From the IMG/VR virus record IMGVR_UViG_3300046804_001959: a stretch of DNA of 64,000 bases; one strand, 5' to 3'. Shown in pieces: positions 8,727-17,359 of the stretch (positions are counted from its first letter, which is position 1; each line of letters starts with the position of its first letter). The translations under genes were made by a program, and so were the position numbers. Origin of the DNA: a virus (Duplodnaviria; Heunggongvirae; Uroviricota; Caudoviricetes). Below the pieces are notes generated by a model. It worked only from the letters and a program-made list of their open reading frames with translations, had not been told where the DNA came from and ran no database searches.

Positions 8727-9285
8727 CATCGTCCTCAATAAACTTTTCTACGCCCTTCTTTTCAACGGGCTTGGGTGGTTTCTTCGCTTCGAACTTCTCA
8801 ACGAGATCTCCGAGTTTCTCAGAGACGTTGATAAAAGCGGCGCTGAAGTGTGATGCATCTTCTGGAGCCATGTCCACAAGAGTATTCATGATCAGGCTAT
8901 TCTCGAAACTCTTATGCTTTATGTATAAGTGTTTCTTCTCTTTTTGGATCCTTCGAAGGAAGGCGTAGTAAATAATCTGAGTGAAGTAAGCGAACGGGTT
9001 CTTCGACTTTTCAGGGTTGAAGTTGTGAATGTATGCTAAGCAGTTCTCGATACCGTCTCCGATCATCTCTTCACGATAAGAGTAACCGATGAAGTTAGGA
9101 CGAGTAGCCAATCTCTGAGCGATCAGCATAATACACTTACCGACATAGTTCGGCACAGGAGGTCGTTCTTCGCCAAGGCGGTTCGCTTCCTGACAGGCGT
9201 TCCAAAACTTGACCATCTCTGTATAGAACAGCTTGTTGTCGATGTAGTGGTTTGACTGCTTCTTCTTCGGCATGGGTGTATTCAT
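8713..9285 (-). CDS. gp55: Sigma factor for late transcription gp55
   Basis: HYIDNK, RPNFIGYSYREEMIGDGIENC, NPFAYFTQIIYYAFLRRIQKEKK. Confidence 0.95.
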   Translation of the reverse strand: MNTPMPKKKQSNHYIDNKLFYTEMVKFWNACQEANRLGEERPPVPNYVGKCIMLIAQRLATRPNFIGYSYREEMIGDGIENCLAYIHNFNPEKSKNPFAYFTQIIYYAFLRRIQKEKKHLYIKHKSFENSLIMNTLVDMAPEDASHFSAAFINVSEKLGDLVEKFEAKKPPKPVEKKGVEKFIEDDDEEQ

Positions 9286-9298
9286 AGTTTAAGCTTTC

Positions 9299-9670
9299 TT
9301 AGTTTACCGAGCTCTTACCAACGAATCTGCTTGAGATCATCTTCTTCCATCGACGATCCATTTCTTCCATGCTCTCGATGGTTTCTTCGATGACTGCATC
9401 GTGGTTCTTTGTCACGGTGTATTCGACTAAACGATTGTAGTATTCAGACATCTTTTCAGACGGCTGATAATCATACACTACACTGCTTTTGTTAATTTGT
9501 ACACTCTTTTGTGACGAGAAAGCTAACAAATAACTCAGTCTTACTCCAGATCCTTGATCCGGATCATCGACGATATCCAACCAGAAAGGATGTGTGATCA
9601 AAAAGGTAGAGTCGCCTTCGCTGACGACTCCGATGATCTCTTCACCTGTACTTAAATGCAAAACTCTCAT
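9299..9670 (-). CDS. Conserved hypothetical protein (Sm-like beta fold suspected)
   Basis: LHLSTGEEIIG N-terminus. Usual position downstream of uvsW in T4-like phages. Confidence 0.6.
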   Translation of the reverse strand: MRVLHLSTGEEIIGVVSEGDSTFLITHPFWLDIVDDPDQGSGVRLSYLLAFSSQKSVQINKSSVVYDYQPSEKMSEYYNRLVEYTVTKNHDAVIEETIESMEEMDRRWKKMISSRFVGKSSVN

Positions 9671-9672
9671 AG

Positions 9673-11130
9673 CTATACTTTCACGTTGTAGATCTCATAG
9701 TCGAACTGTTCGGCATCGTAGATCTTGGTTCTTTCAAGGAAATGTCGAAGGGTAAAGTTTTGATGGGATTTATAAGAAAGGTCGTCGACGATGTCGTACA
9801 AGATTGCATGCTCTTTCGACTCGTGCTGACGAAGCATACGACCGATGGACTGTAGGACCTTGATCTTTGACTTGGATGGAGAGGCAGCGATCATGTGATG
9901 CAGTTTGTTGATGCTGACACCGGTAGATGTGGTGCCGAGAGATGCCAAGAGAATGGCGTTCTCTTCTTCCTCTAGCGCTTTTCGAATCGCTTCGCGAGTA
10001 TCACCGCTAACAGAACCATCGATGTAAAACACGTTATGATCAGTGCTTCTCGTGATGAGATCATAGAGTGTTTTGCCATGATCCACAATTCGAAAGAAAA
10101 CAAGTTTATTCCCCTTTAGCGAGAGACCGAGGTTCTTGATGAACTTGTTTCGAGGCTCGCAGCCAACGAGAAAATCGATCTCTTCTTGGTATGACTTACC
10201 CTTAACATCTCTGCAGGTAGGTTCGTCGTACTTAAGGACGATGCACTTAATCTTGAGCTTTGAGACGTATCCTTGGTCCATAAGTTCTTTGGTACTGACT
10301 GCCTTGTACTTTGGACCGAAGAGACCTTCGATTGTGGTCTCGTTAAGGGGCGTGCCATCAAGGGTGCCAGTAGTGCCAAAACGATATTTGCAACTAGTAA
10401 GGCTGCTAAGAATCTGTATAAGAGAGGTTGCTTTTGCACCATGTGCTTCGTCTCCGAATACTACACCGAACTGCTGATACCATGGCTTTGGCATCTTGTT
10501 CTTGCCGTTGTTGAGCGACTGCCATGTTGTAATGACCATGTCGCAGTCGATATCGTTCGACTTGTTCAGTCCTTGAGTGGACAGGTGTATGTTACCTGTA
10601 TACCCATAATCTCTGAAGTCGCTCTCCATCTGGTTGACAAGACCGATGGTAGGAACGATGATCAAACCTTTATGCTTCTGATACCATCTCATGAGGATGT
10701 AGATCATCAGAGATTTACCAGACGAGGTAGGCGATACCAGAGTCCTTCGACCAGAACGAATGCACTTCAAGACAGAATCGAACTGATAGTCACGTACTGC
10801 ATACTTTTCAGGGATTCCAAGAGTATCTATGAATTCCCTCAGCTCGTGCTCTGACACGTTGTCGTAGTACAACTCATCGTCGAACGAGAACGAGTAGCCA
10901 CGGGCATCACAAAACTTCTTGATGTGCTTTGCCAGACCAGCGTATACATATCCAGTCAGATTGTTGACGAGACGAATCTTGCCGTCCCATACACGAGCAC
11001 GATACTTTGGATTGAACTTGTAGTTCTCCGCATAGAAAGTAAACTGATCCGCCAGTTCCATGATGGTCGACGGTTCAGCTTCCACCTTGACGTGGACTCT
11101 GTCTATAAAACGAAGATGCACTGAGCTCAT
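9673..11130 (-). CDS. uvsW: UvsW DNA helicase
   Basis: SF2 motifs PTSSGKS, DEAH, GTTGT, QSIGR. Confidence 0.95.
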   Translation of the reverse strand: MSSVHLRFIDRVHVKVEAEPSTIMELADQFTFYAENYKFNPKYRARVWDGKIRLVNNLTGYVYAGLAKHIKKFCDARGYSFSFDDELYYDNVSEHELREFIDTLGIPEKYAVRDYQFDSVLKCIRSGRRTLVSPTSSGKSLMIYILMRWYQKHKGLIIVPTIGLVNQMESDFRDYGYTGNIHLSTQGLNKSNDIDCDMVITTWQSLNNGKNKMPKPWYQQFGVVFGDEAHGAKATSLIQILSSLTSCKYRFGTTGTLDGTPLNETTIEGLFGPKYKAVSTKELMDQGYVSKLKIKCIVLKYDEPTCRDVKGKSYQEEIDFLVGCEPRNKFIKNLGLSLKGNKLVFFRIVDHGKTLYDLITRSTDHNVFYIDGSVSGDTREAIRKALEEEENAILLASLGTTSTGVSINKLHHMIAASPSKSKIKVLQSIGRMLRQHESKEHAILYDIVDDLSYKSHQNFTLRHFLERTKIYDAEQFDYEIYNVKV

Positions 11131-11564
11131 TAGATACCTACTTTAAAACGCTCCCACTCGATCGCAGCCTTGATGTTGAAACCTCGGGCGGTGAGAGACT
11201 TGATGATTGACTCAAGCAGGTCGATCTTCTCGTGTTGAATGCCGATCTTGAGAGATAGGTTCACGATATCCTTGTCTGCTTCTATATAGTTATTCACATC
11301 AGAACGAAGGATCTTGCCCTGAGGTGGCAATCTCCAACCCTTCTCATGAGTCTCTTCTGTCGGTCCAAGAGTGAGGAACTCATGCTTCTCAAGCTTCAGT
11401 TGCTTGAGATCTGCCTCCAGCTTACGTAGCTGCAGTCGTTCGTGAGTAAAGATTTTGAAGTACTTGTGATGGAGCTTTGGAATCTTCAGTGCTTCTTCGC
11501 CCAGCTCAGAGCGATCGAGATGGGAGTCTTTCTCCCATTCAGCGTAAATGTCATCAATTTTCAT
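11130..11564 (-). CDS. uvsY: UvsY recombination mediator
   Basis: EWEKDS..D...L..E...IPKLHHKY; RGFNIKAAIEWERF. Confidence 0.9.
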   Translation of the reverse strand: MKIDDIYAEWEKDSHLDRSELGEEALKIPKLHHKYFKIFTHERLQLRKLEADLKQLKLEKHEFLTLGPTEETHEKGWRLPPQGKILRSDVNNYIEADKDIVNLSLKIGIQHEKIDLLESIIKSLTARGFNIKAAIEWERFKVGI

Positions 11565-11572
11565 AACGATCC

Positions 11573-12085
11573 TTATAAGACTTTAATATCATACCTCAGA
11601 TATTTAAACTCTACACTACATTCTATATAATTGACACTAGTATCTGTACTATTAAACTCAATATCTCCGAGTGATACTGGAAATGCATCATAGAAAGTAA
11701 TCAAGATATTTGAGTTCATGCTGCTGTTCATGATCTGCAAGCTTACATCTGAATACAACGACTCTACTGCACCTGGACCTGCTGTTTGCAATGCCTTATA
11801 AGCATCGAAACTTACAGGAGATGCCAACGCGACCATCCAGTTATAAAGCTCGAGATAGTCTGTCATGTCCTCGTTTAGACGAAACGATACATCGAGTGGA
11901 CTATAAGTAAGCTTACCAGTCGTAGGGATCGGCACAAACGGAGTAGGACTTTCTCCGTTACTCATCTGCACACCAGGAAAACGAATGTTCTGCACGTTAT
12001 AGACGACCGCAGGAGCTCGAGCCAATGTCAGTTTATAACCTAGCGGTGACAGAAAGTTTTTGTTGATATCGTTAACAGCAGCCAT
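11573..12085 (-). CDS. gp3: Tail completion / sheath stabilizer gp3
   Basis: NFLSPLGYKL, LTYSPLDVSF.LNEDM.DY.E.YNWM, AFPVSLG. Confidence 0.85.
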   Translation of the reverse strand: MAAVNDINKNFLSPLGYKLTLARAPAVVYNVQNIRFPGVQMSNGESPTPFVPIPTTGKLTYSPLDVSFRLNEDMTDYLELYNWMVALASPVSFDAYKALQTAGPGAVESLYSDVSLQIMNSSMNSNILITFYDAFPVSLGDIEFNSTDTSVNYIECSVEFKYLRYDIKVL

Positions 12086-12109
12086 ATCTTTTCCTTGGCC
12101 CTAATAGGC

Positions 12110-12140
12110 ATTATACACATTCTATTTATATTGTACATGC
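12110..12140 (-). promoter_or_regulatory. Composite promoter: TGTACA-N16-TATAAT with a T4 late promoter TATAAATA (12123-12130) inside the spacer
   Basis: Minus strand GCATGTACAATATAAATAGAATGTGTATAAT directly after the gp23 terminator and upstream of gp3-uvsY-uvsW-gp55. Confidence 0.6.
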
Positions 12141-12141
12141 C

Positions 12142-12171
12142 AAAAAGAAGGGGAGCCTTTCGACTCCCCTT
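12142..12171 (-). terminator. Rho-independent terminator after gp23
   Basis: Stem AAGGGGAGTC/GGCTCCCCTT, GAAA loop, followed by CTTTTTG on the minus strand. Confidence 0.9.
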
Positions 12172-12205
12172 CCAGTTTCCGGTTGGTTGTTCCCAACTCT
12201 TATGA

Positions 12206-13573
12206 TTACATAAGGTTGTTAACAAGAACGCGACGGTAGTACTTGTTCGAATCCTGCTCGAGAGTAGCTGTTGCGTTAGCAGCAGCTGTACCCTTAGCGA
12301 ATGGATTCGGTGCCATGCCGTAGCGAGTCTTGAAGCCGATCTTTGGCTGGAACGAACCTGGATCAACCGCACGAACCATCTGTAGTGGAACGTATGGGCA
12401 GTAGAACAGACCAGCGTCGAACGGATTCGAACCCTTGTAGCCAACTACCAGGAAGTTTGTACCAGCATAAGGATCGATATAGACCTTGATGCGACCGTTG
12501 ATAACACCAGCAAATGTGTTGCCTGTGTCATCGATGTTCAGCGAAGATGTGTTCATCGCAGGAGCGTAATCAAGAACGCCAGCCATCTGAAGTGCCGAAG
12601 CAACGTCTGACGAGCAGATGATTACGTTACCCTTACCGCGACGTGTTTCTTTCGCGATCTTGTTGCATTCACGTTCGATTTGGAACAGAAGGCCCTTGAA
12701 CTTTTCAACTGACCAACGACCGTTAGAATCGGTGTCGAGGTCGAAGATACCAGCAGTTGTGGTTCCTTCAGCTGCACCCTTTTCAGCGGTGATGATGATC
12801 GAGCGAACAACTTCACGGTTGATTTCAGCAAGGATTTCACCCGAAAGGATGTTGCTGAGTTCAGCTTCTGCGTCAAGACCGTGAATTGCCTTCAGATCCT
12901 GTGCAAGTTCTAGAGTGTATTCTGCCTTCAGAGCGCGTGTCTTAGCAGATACAGTTACCTTCTCGATTGAGAAGCCCATTTCCGGGAAGATGTATGTGCT
13001 GTTAGCGCCAAGAAGTTCGCCAGAACCAACTAGCAGACCCATTGTGTAGTTGTAGTATGAGTTGCCAGCGTTGTTCGACGAGTCAGGAGCTGTACCAACG
13101 GTGTTAGCACCAACTGCAGTTGCTGAACCAGCACCTGTGTTAGCAGCGTTGAGACCTGCACCAAGACGTGACGAGTGACCTGTGTTAGCTTCGTTGTAGA
13201 AAGCTTCCGAAACGGTCGAGTCTGTCGAGTTAGCGTACTGTGAACGCATCGCGAAGATAAGACCAGTTGGACCCGACATTGGCTGAACGCCGCAGACGTC
13301 GTAAGCGATAAGGTTTGGCATTGAACGGCGAACCAGCGAGATAAGTACTGGATCGAAGTTTGCAACTTGGCCGCTGCCTACCGAGTTGACGTGACCGTCA
13401 CCTTCGCCAAGCATTTGCTGACCACCACCTTGAGCAGCAGCTTCACGAAGTGCTCTCTCGGTGTTTTCAAGCACTGTCGCTGTGACAAGGCGCTTGTGTG
13501 AATCTGTAATCTCAGGAAGATCCGAGTGCTCAAGCACTGGCTTCCACTTGTTGTTTAGTTCCTCAGCTAACAT
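12206..13573 (-). CDS. gp23: Major capsid protein gp23
   Basis: FDPVLISLVRRSMPNLIAYDVCGVQPMSGPTGLIFAMR; KTRALKAEYTLELAQDLKAIHGLDAE; GFKTRYGM. Confidence 0.98.
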   Translation of the reverse strand: MLAEELNNKWKPVLEHSDLPEITDSHKRLVTATVLENTERALREAAAQGGGQQMLGEGDGHVNSVGSGQVANFDPVLISLVRRSMPNLIAYDVCGVQPMSGPTGLIFAMRSQYANSTDSTVSEAFYNEANTGHSSRLGAGLNAANTGAGSATAVGANTVGTAPDSSNNAGNSYYNYTMGLLVGSGELLGANSTYIFPEMGFSIEKVTVSAKTRALKAEYTLELAQDLKAIHGLDAEAELSNILSGEILAEINREVVRSIIITAEKGAAEGTTTAGIFDLDTDSNGRWSVEKFKGLLFQIERECNKIAKETRRGKGNVIICSSDVASALQMAGVLDYAPAMNTSSLNIDDTGNTFAGVINGRIKVYIDPYAGTNFLVVGYKGSNPFDAGLFYCPYVPLQMVRAVDPGSFQPKIGFKTRYGMAPNPFAKGTAAANATATLEQDSNKYYRRVLVNNLM

Positions 13574-13611
13574 TTTGTTCTCCCTTTACCTAAGGATTTA
13601 TTGTTATAATC

Positions 13612-13618
13612 TATTTAT
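13612..13618 (-). promoter_or_regulatory. Late promoter core ATAAATA upstream of gp23
   Basis: Intergenic, about 40 nt before the ATG. Confidence 0.55.
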
Positions 13619-13622
13619 CAAA

Positions 13623-14639
13623 TTAAAACTTTTTGGTTCTCGAAATCGCGCTGACATAGTTTGCCATGTCACCGACTGCTACTGGCTTGTCTGCATCTGC
13701 AAGACCTTCGCTTGCTTCTTCAGTGATAACGCCAGTGTTGACTTCCTTCTTCTCAGAGAAGTACTTGTCCTTGATGATGTTGAGCTTCTTTGTGTAAGTC
13801 TCAGCATCAGTGAACTCGATACCTTCTGCAAGTGTACGAAGCTTCTCTACTTGCGTAGCAGCAAGACCTTCTGATACTTCATCGAACGTTGCTTCCATTG
13901 TAGCTTCGTCGATAACGCTTTGAAGTTCGAGTTGCTTGTTGACAGATTCGTCGAGCTTTGATTCGAGCTCTTCGATCTGTGCCTTCATTTCGCCGATGAC
14001 ATCGATCTTTTCTTCTGGAACAGTGATGTATGATTCGGCGAACAGATTGTAGAGACCTTCCATGAAGTTCTCAGCAATATCTGCGCGGAGTGTGGATTCG
14101 ACAGCAAGCTTGTTGTCTTCCATCCATGATTCTACGACGTAGTCAAGATACTGATCGATCTTGGTCGTCATTTCTTCCTTAACTTCTTCGACTGCTTCAG
14201 AGAGTTGTGTTTCAAACTCTTCAGCTAGGCGAGCTTCTTCGATAGAAACGCGAGCTGATACAGCAGCTTCGAAGATAGTTGCGAACTTGTCTTTTGCTTC
14301 TTCGGTTAGATCTTCACCAGCGAATACTTCGTTGATGTCTTCCTTGACAGCATTCAGAGTTGGCATAGGCATCTTACCGATAGCTGGTCCACCACCAGGA
14401 GCGGTAGCTGACGGCACTGCATCTGCACTGTACTTCTTGATCGAATCATTGAAGAAGTGCGAAAGGTCCTCGCCCTTAAGCTGCGAAAGAAGCGAGCTAA
14501 AGGTTGCAAGCATTTCCGCACGAGTCGGGTTCGGCTTCAGTGTTTCCGATCCAGCAGACTCATCGAGACCTTCTTCGTCAAGGATTTCGTTCTCTAGAAC
14601 ATCGTCCTGAACGATTTCATTGGTTTCTTTATCTGACAT
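13623..14639 (-). CDS. gp22: Prohead core scaffold protein gp22
   Basis: Acidic helical protein; IFEAAV, YLDYVVESWM.DNKLAVE..LR..IAENFMEGL; position between gp21 and gp23. Confidence 0.92.
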   Translation of the reverse strand: MSDKETNEIVQDDVLENEILDEEGLDESAGSETLKPNPTRAEMLATFSSLLSQLKGEDLSHFFNDSIKKYSADAVPSATAPGGGPAIGKMPMPTLNAVKEDINEVFAGEDLTEEAKDKFATIFEAAVSARVSIEEARLAEEFETQLSEAVEEVKEEMTTKIDQYLDYVVESWMEDNKLAVESTLRADIAENFMEGLYNLFAESYITVPEEKIDVIGEMKAQIEELESKLDESVNKQLELQSVIDEATMEATFDEVSEGLAATQVEKLRTLAEGIEFTDAETYTKKLNIIKDKYFSEKKEVNTGVITEEASEGLADADKPVAVGDMANYVSAISRTKKF

Positions 14640-14659
14640 TTTTGGCTCCTTGTGAATTT

Positions 14660-14667
14660 TATTTATT
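14660..14667 (-). promoter_or_regulatory. Late promoter variant AATAAATA upstream of gp22
   Basis: Intergenic between gp21 and gp22. Confidence 0.55.
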
Positions 14668-14676
14668 TATTCTAAG

Positions 14677-15348
14677 TTAGATTTTAGAAATTTTGTTCAG
14701 GAAGTTCTCGAAAATCTGAAACTTCTTTGCTTCAAGTTCTCTTGATGAAACCGCCTTTTCGATGGTCTGTACTGTCTCTTCGACAACACGTTCTTTCTTT
14801 GCGACGAGTAGATCGTCTTGCCATACCCACTCTACACCTTCCATGATACCGTTTACGAATGCATCCGGAGCAGATGGATCCGCAACGATGTCTGCAGCTG
14901 TAGCGAGGTAGAAATCGTCTTGTACTTCGTTGATGCCCTCTCTATTTAGCTTCAACGAACCCATACCTCTTGAAGACACACCAAGCTTTACGCCTTCACC
15001 GATCAGACCCTTTGCGATATTACCGAAAGGAGTGTCCATCAACTTCGCTTTACCGATGAAGTTGTTGCCTTCTTTTCTCAGCGATGTGATCATGTGTGAA
15101 ACGCGATCAAGGTTGATCGAAGGACCGTCTGGGTGACCGAGTTCTCCGAGAGCTCTACCCTTCTGAATGTAAGTCTCGTCATAGCGCTTGACTTCTTTCT
15201 CGAGTGTCTCTACCGGATACATACGACCGTTACGGTTCTTGATACCACCTTGTAGGAAGATACCTTCGATGAATACGTTCTTCTTCCCGTCTTCACGGGC
15301 TTCAGTGATGCATCTCAGATCTTCGATGACTTCTGTAATTAGCTTCAT
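14677..15348 (-). CDS. gp21: Prohead protease gp21
   Basis: IEGIFLQ..IKNRNGRMYP, ALGELGHP, GVSSRGMGS, DIVADPSAPDAFV. Confidence 0.97.
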   Translation of the reverse strand: MKLITEVIEDLRCITEAREDGKKNVFIEGIFLQGGIKNRNGRMYPVETLEKEVKRYDETYIQKGRALGELGHPDGPSINLDRVSHMITSLRKEGNNFIGKAKLMDTPFGNIAKGLIGEGVKLGVSSRGMGSLKLNREGINEVQDDFYLATAADIVADPSAPDAFVNGIMEGVEWVWQDDLLVAKKERVVEETVQTIEKAVSSRELEAKKFQIFENFLNKISKI

Positions 15349-15357
15349 GTCTTTACC

Positions 15358-15750
15358 TTACGAGTAGTAATCTGAAGTAGTGCCGAGCTTCTGCAGTTCG
15401 AGAATGCAGTATGCATTCGATGAGCCTACGAAGTTGACTACAAGGTTAGCAGCTGGGTTAACGTTCAGCGGAATACCACAACCTGCATAGTCCTTCTGAC
15501 CCGTCGAATCATACACAGCAACGAGAGTTGAACCACGAAGCACTTGAATCGATCCGGTGCCATCTGATCCCCACACTGCCTGTGTGATGTAAGCTCCTGA
15601 CATAACTTCGTTGCCAGTAGCGATACATGTCGATGTACCGGCAACATTAGTTGTTGTGCTGTTACCAGAGACAACCACGTTGCCGCTGTTTGCAGCCGAA
15701 ACATGAATGACAAAAGAGGTGTTTTTTCTGTTAGAAATAGTTACAGCCAT
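15358..15750 (-). CDS. Putative virion/head-associated beta-rich protein
   Basis: 130 aa ORF in the head operon, coupled to its upstream gene. Confidence 0.6.
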   Translation of the reverse strand: MAVTISNRKNTSFVIHVSAANSGNVVVSGNSTTTNVAGTSTCIATGNEVMSGAYITQAVWGSDGTGSIQVLRGSTLVAVYDSTGQKDYAGCGIPLNVNPAANLVVNFVGSSNAYCILELQKLGTTSDYYS

Positions 15751-17024
15751 TATTCACCTCTGTTCTGAATAGCGAAGTCCAACATCTGCTCTACACCTTC
15801 AGGTGTTTCGCACGCTGTCATGAACTTTCTTTGGTTGTCTTCGTTCAGCTTTGAGAACACATCAAGAAGAGTGCGCTTATGTGTCTCAGCTAGGTCGCCG
15901 AGGTTTGCAAGAAGTCTTTCTTCCTTGTTGAGTGGCTTGCCACCGCGTTCTGCAGAAAGCTTAGCAGCGATCGCCATTACACGACGCTTTTCTTTCGACT
16001 TGCCTTTGAACTGAGGAGCGTCTGACTTTTGGAAATCCTTGATGTAGGTTCCCATCGATGCATTAGGTGCAATCTTTTCTTCCAGATCTACTTCTTCTCT
16101 AGCCAACTTATCGATAGCTAGACCAAGACCGGCATGACGCTTGTCAGCTCTACGGTTGTGCATACGTTCTCTTGCAGATGGCTTAGCACCAATAGCGCGA
16201 GCACCCATTTCTCTACCAGCAACTGTATCTGAACGGCTCATCTGATCCTTGGCATTTTGAGCATATGATCTTAGTGTTGCCTTCGACAACTCATCGATCT
16301 GTTCTGATTCTTCACGAACTGCTGCCTTTACCTTTGGTTCTGGTGTACCATACTTGGCATCGCCCCAACGCTTCTTAAGAGCTAGGTTACGACCAGCTTC
16401 ACGCTTTGGATCATCCTTGGTTTTGTTGATATAGCGTGAGAGCGTTCCACCGAGCTTATGATCTAGTTCGTCGATCTGCTCGGCTTCTTCAGTCTTCAGG
16501 CTTTCACCGCGCTTTACGAGTTGCTTACCAGAAGCTTGTGCACCAGCTGCTCTCTTACGAAGAGTCTTAGTGTCCTTCTGATCCTTCGACCAGTCTCCAC
16601 CACCCATCTTCATCTTGTCGACGATAGCATTACCTTGAGCGCGAGCCTTCTTACGATAACTCTGTAGAGTTGGAGTCGATAGCTCATCGATCTGCTCAGC
16701 TTCTTCAGCGACTTTCTTCTTCTTACGAAGAAGTTTGAAATCTTGAGCATCGACCTTGCCATTGTGATTGGCATCGATCTTGTGCTGATTGCCCTTTAGC
16801 TCTTCGTATACTTCTTCGTCTTCGCCTGGATTATAGCCGTGACGTTCTTTCTTACGATCTGCTAACTTGACCTTCGAGCCTTTGAAAAGCTCGTCGTCGT
16901 TGCCGTTGCGGTCAGCAACCTTTGCAATCGCGTGCTTGTCGATGAACTTCTGCTCGTCAGGGTTCTTGACGACCATCGGCCCAAGCTGTCTTTCGTTTAA
17001 GAAATCTTTAAGCGTCTTCGCCAT
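15750..17024 (-). CDS. Prohead core / internal head protein with repeated EE.EQIDE modules (gp68-like position)
   Basis: Highly charged. Three EE(A/S)EQIDEL repeats plus EEVDLEEK. Located between gp67 and gp21. Confidence 0.7.
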   Translation of the reverse strand: MAKTLKDFLNERQLGPMVVKNPDEQKFIDKHAIAKVADRNGNDDELFKGSKVKLADRKKERHGYNPGEDEEVYEELKGNQHKIDANHNGKVDAQDFKLLRKKKKVAEEAEQIDELSTPTLQSYRKKARAQGNAIVDKMKMGGGDWSKDQKDTKTLRKRAAGAQASGKQLVKRGESLKTEEAEQIDELDHKLGGTLSRYINKTKDDPKREAGRNLALKKRWGDAKYGTPEPKVKAAVREESEQIDELSKATLRSYAQNAKDQMSRSDTVAGREMGARAIGAKPSARERMHNRRADKRHAGLGLAIDKLAREEVDLEEKIAPNASMGTYIKDFQKSDAPQFKGKSKEKRRVMAIAAKLSAERGGKPLNKEERLLANLGDLAETHKRTLLDVFSKLNEDNQRKFMTACETPEGVEQMLDFAIQNRGE

Positions 17025-17319
17025 CGTCGTCTTCTTCCTCTGTGTCTAGGTCGTCCAGATCGTAATCGTCCAGATCGAAATCTTCGTCGTCGAACTCGTC
17101 GTCATCGATGTCAAAGTCTACGTCGTCTTCGAATCCATCTTCGTCGTCGTAGTCCTCGTCTTCATCTTCTTCTGGCTCTGCGAACATCTGCTGCGCGTAA
17201 GCGATCTTCTCGTCTTCGAGTCTTGCTGCAATCTTCTGACCCATCAGATCGTCGAAGACTGTAGCAAAACGAGTTGGCTGCTGCTCTACGGCTGCACCGA
17301 TCAGTTCGTCAATATCCAT
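17008..17319 (-). CDS. gp67: Prohead core protein gp67-like
   Basis: Small, very acidic C-terminus, directly downstream of the portal gene. Confidence 0.7.
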   Translation of the reverse strand: MDIDELIGAAVEQQPTRFATVFDDLMGQKIAARLEDEKIAYAQQMFAEPEEDEDEDYDDEDGFEDDVDFDIDDDEFDDEDFDLDDYDLDDLDTEEEDDDGEDA

Positions 17320-17344
17320 ATAGATTCTCCAAAAGTCTTTTTAT

Positions 17345-17352
17345 TATTTATA
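17345..17352 (-). promoter_or_regulatory. T4-type late promoter TATAAATA
   Basis: Exact consensus, intergenic, upstream of gp67. Confidence 0.75.
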
Positions 17353-17359
17353 ATGTGTC

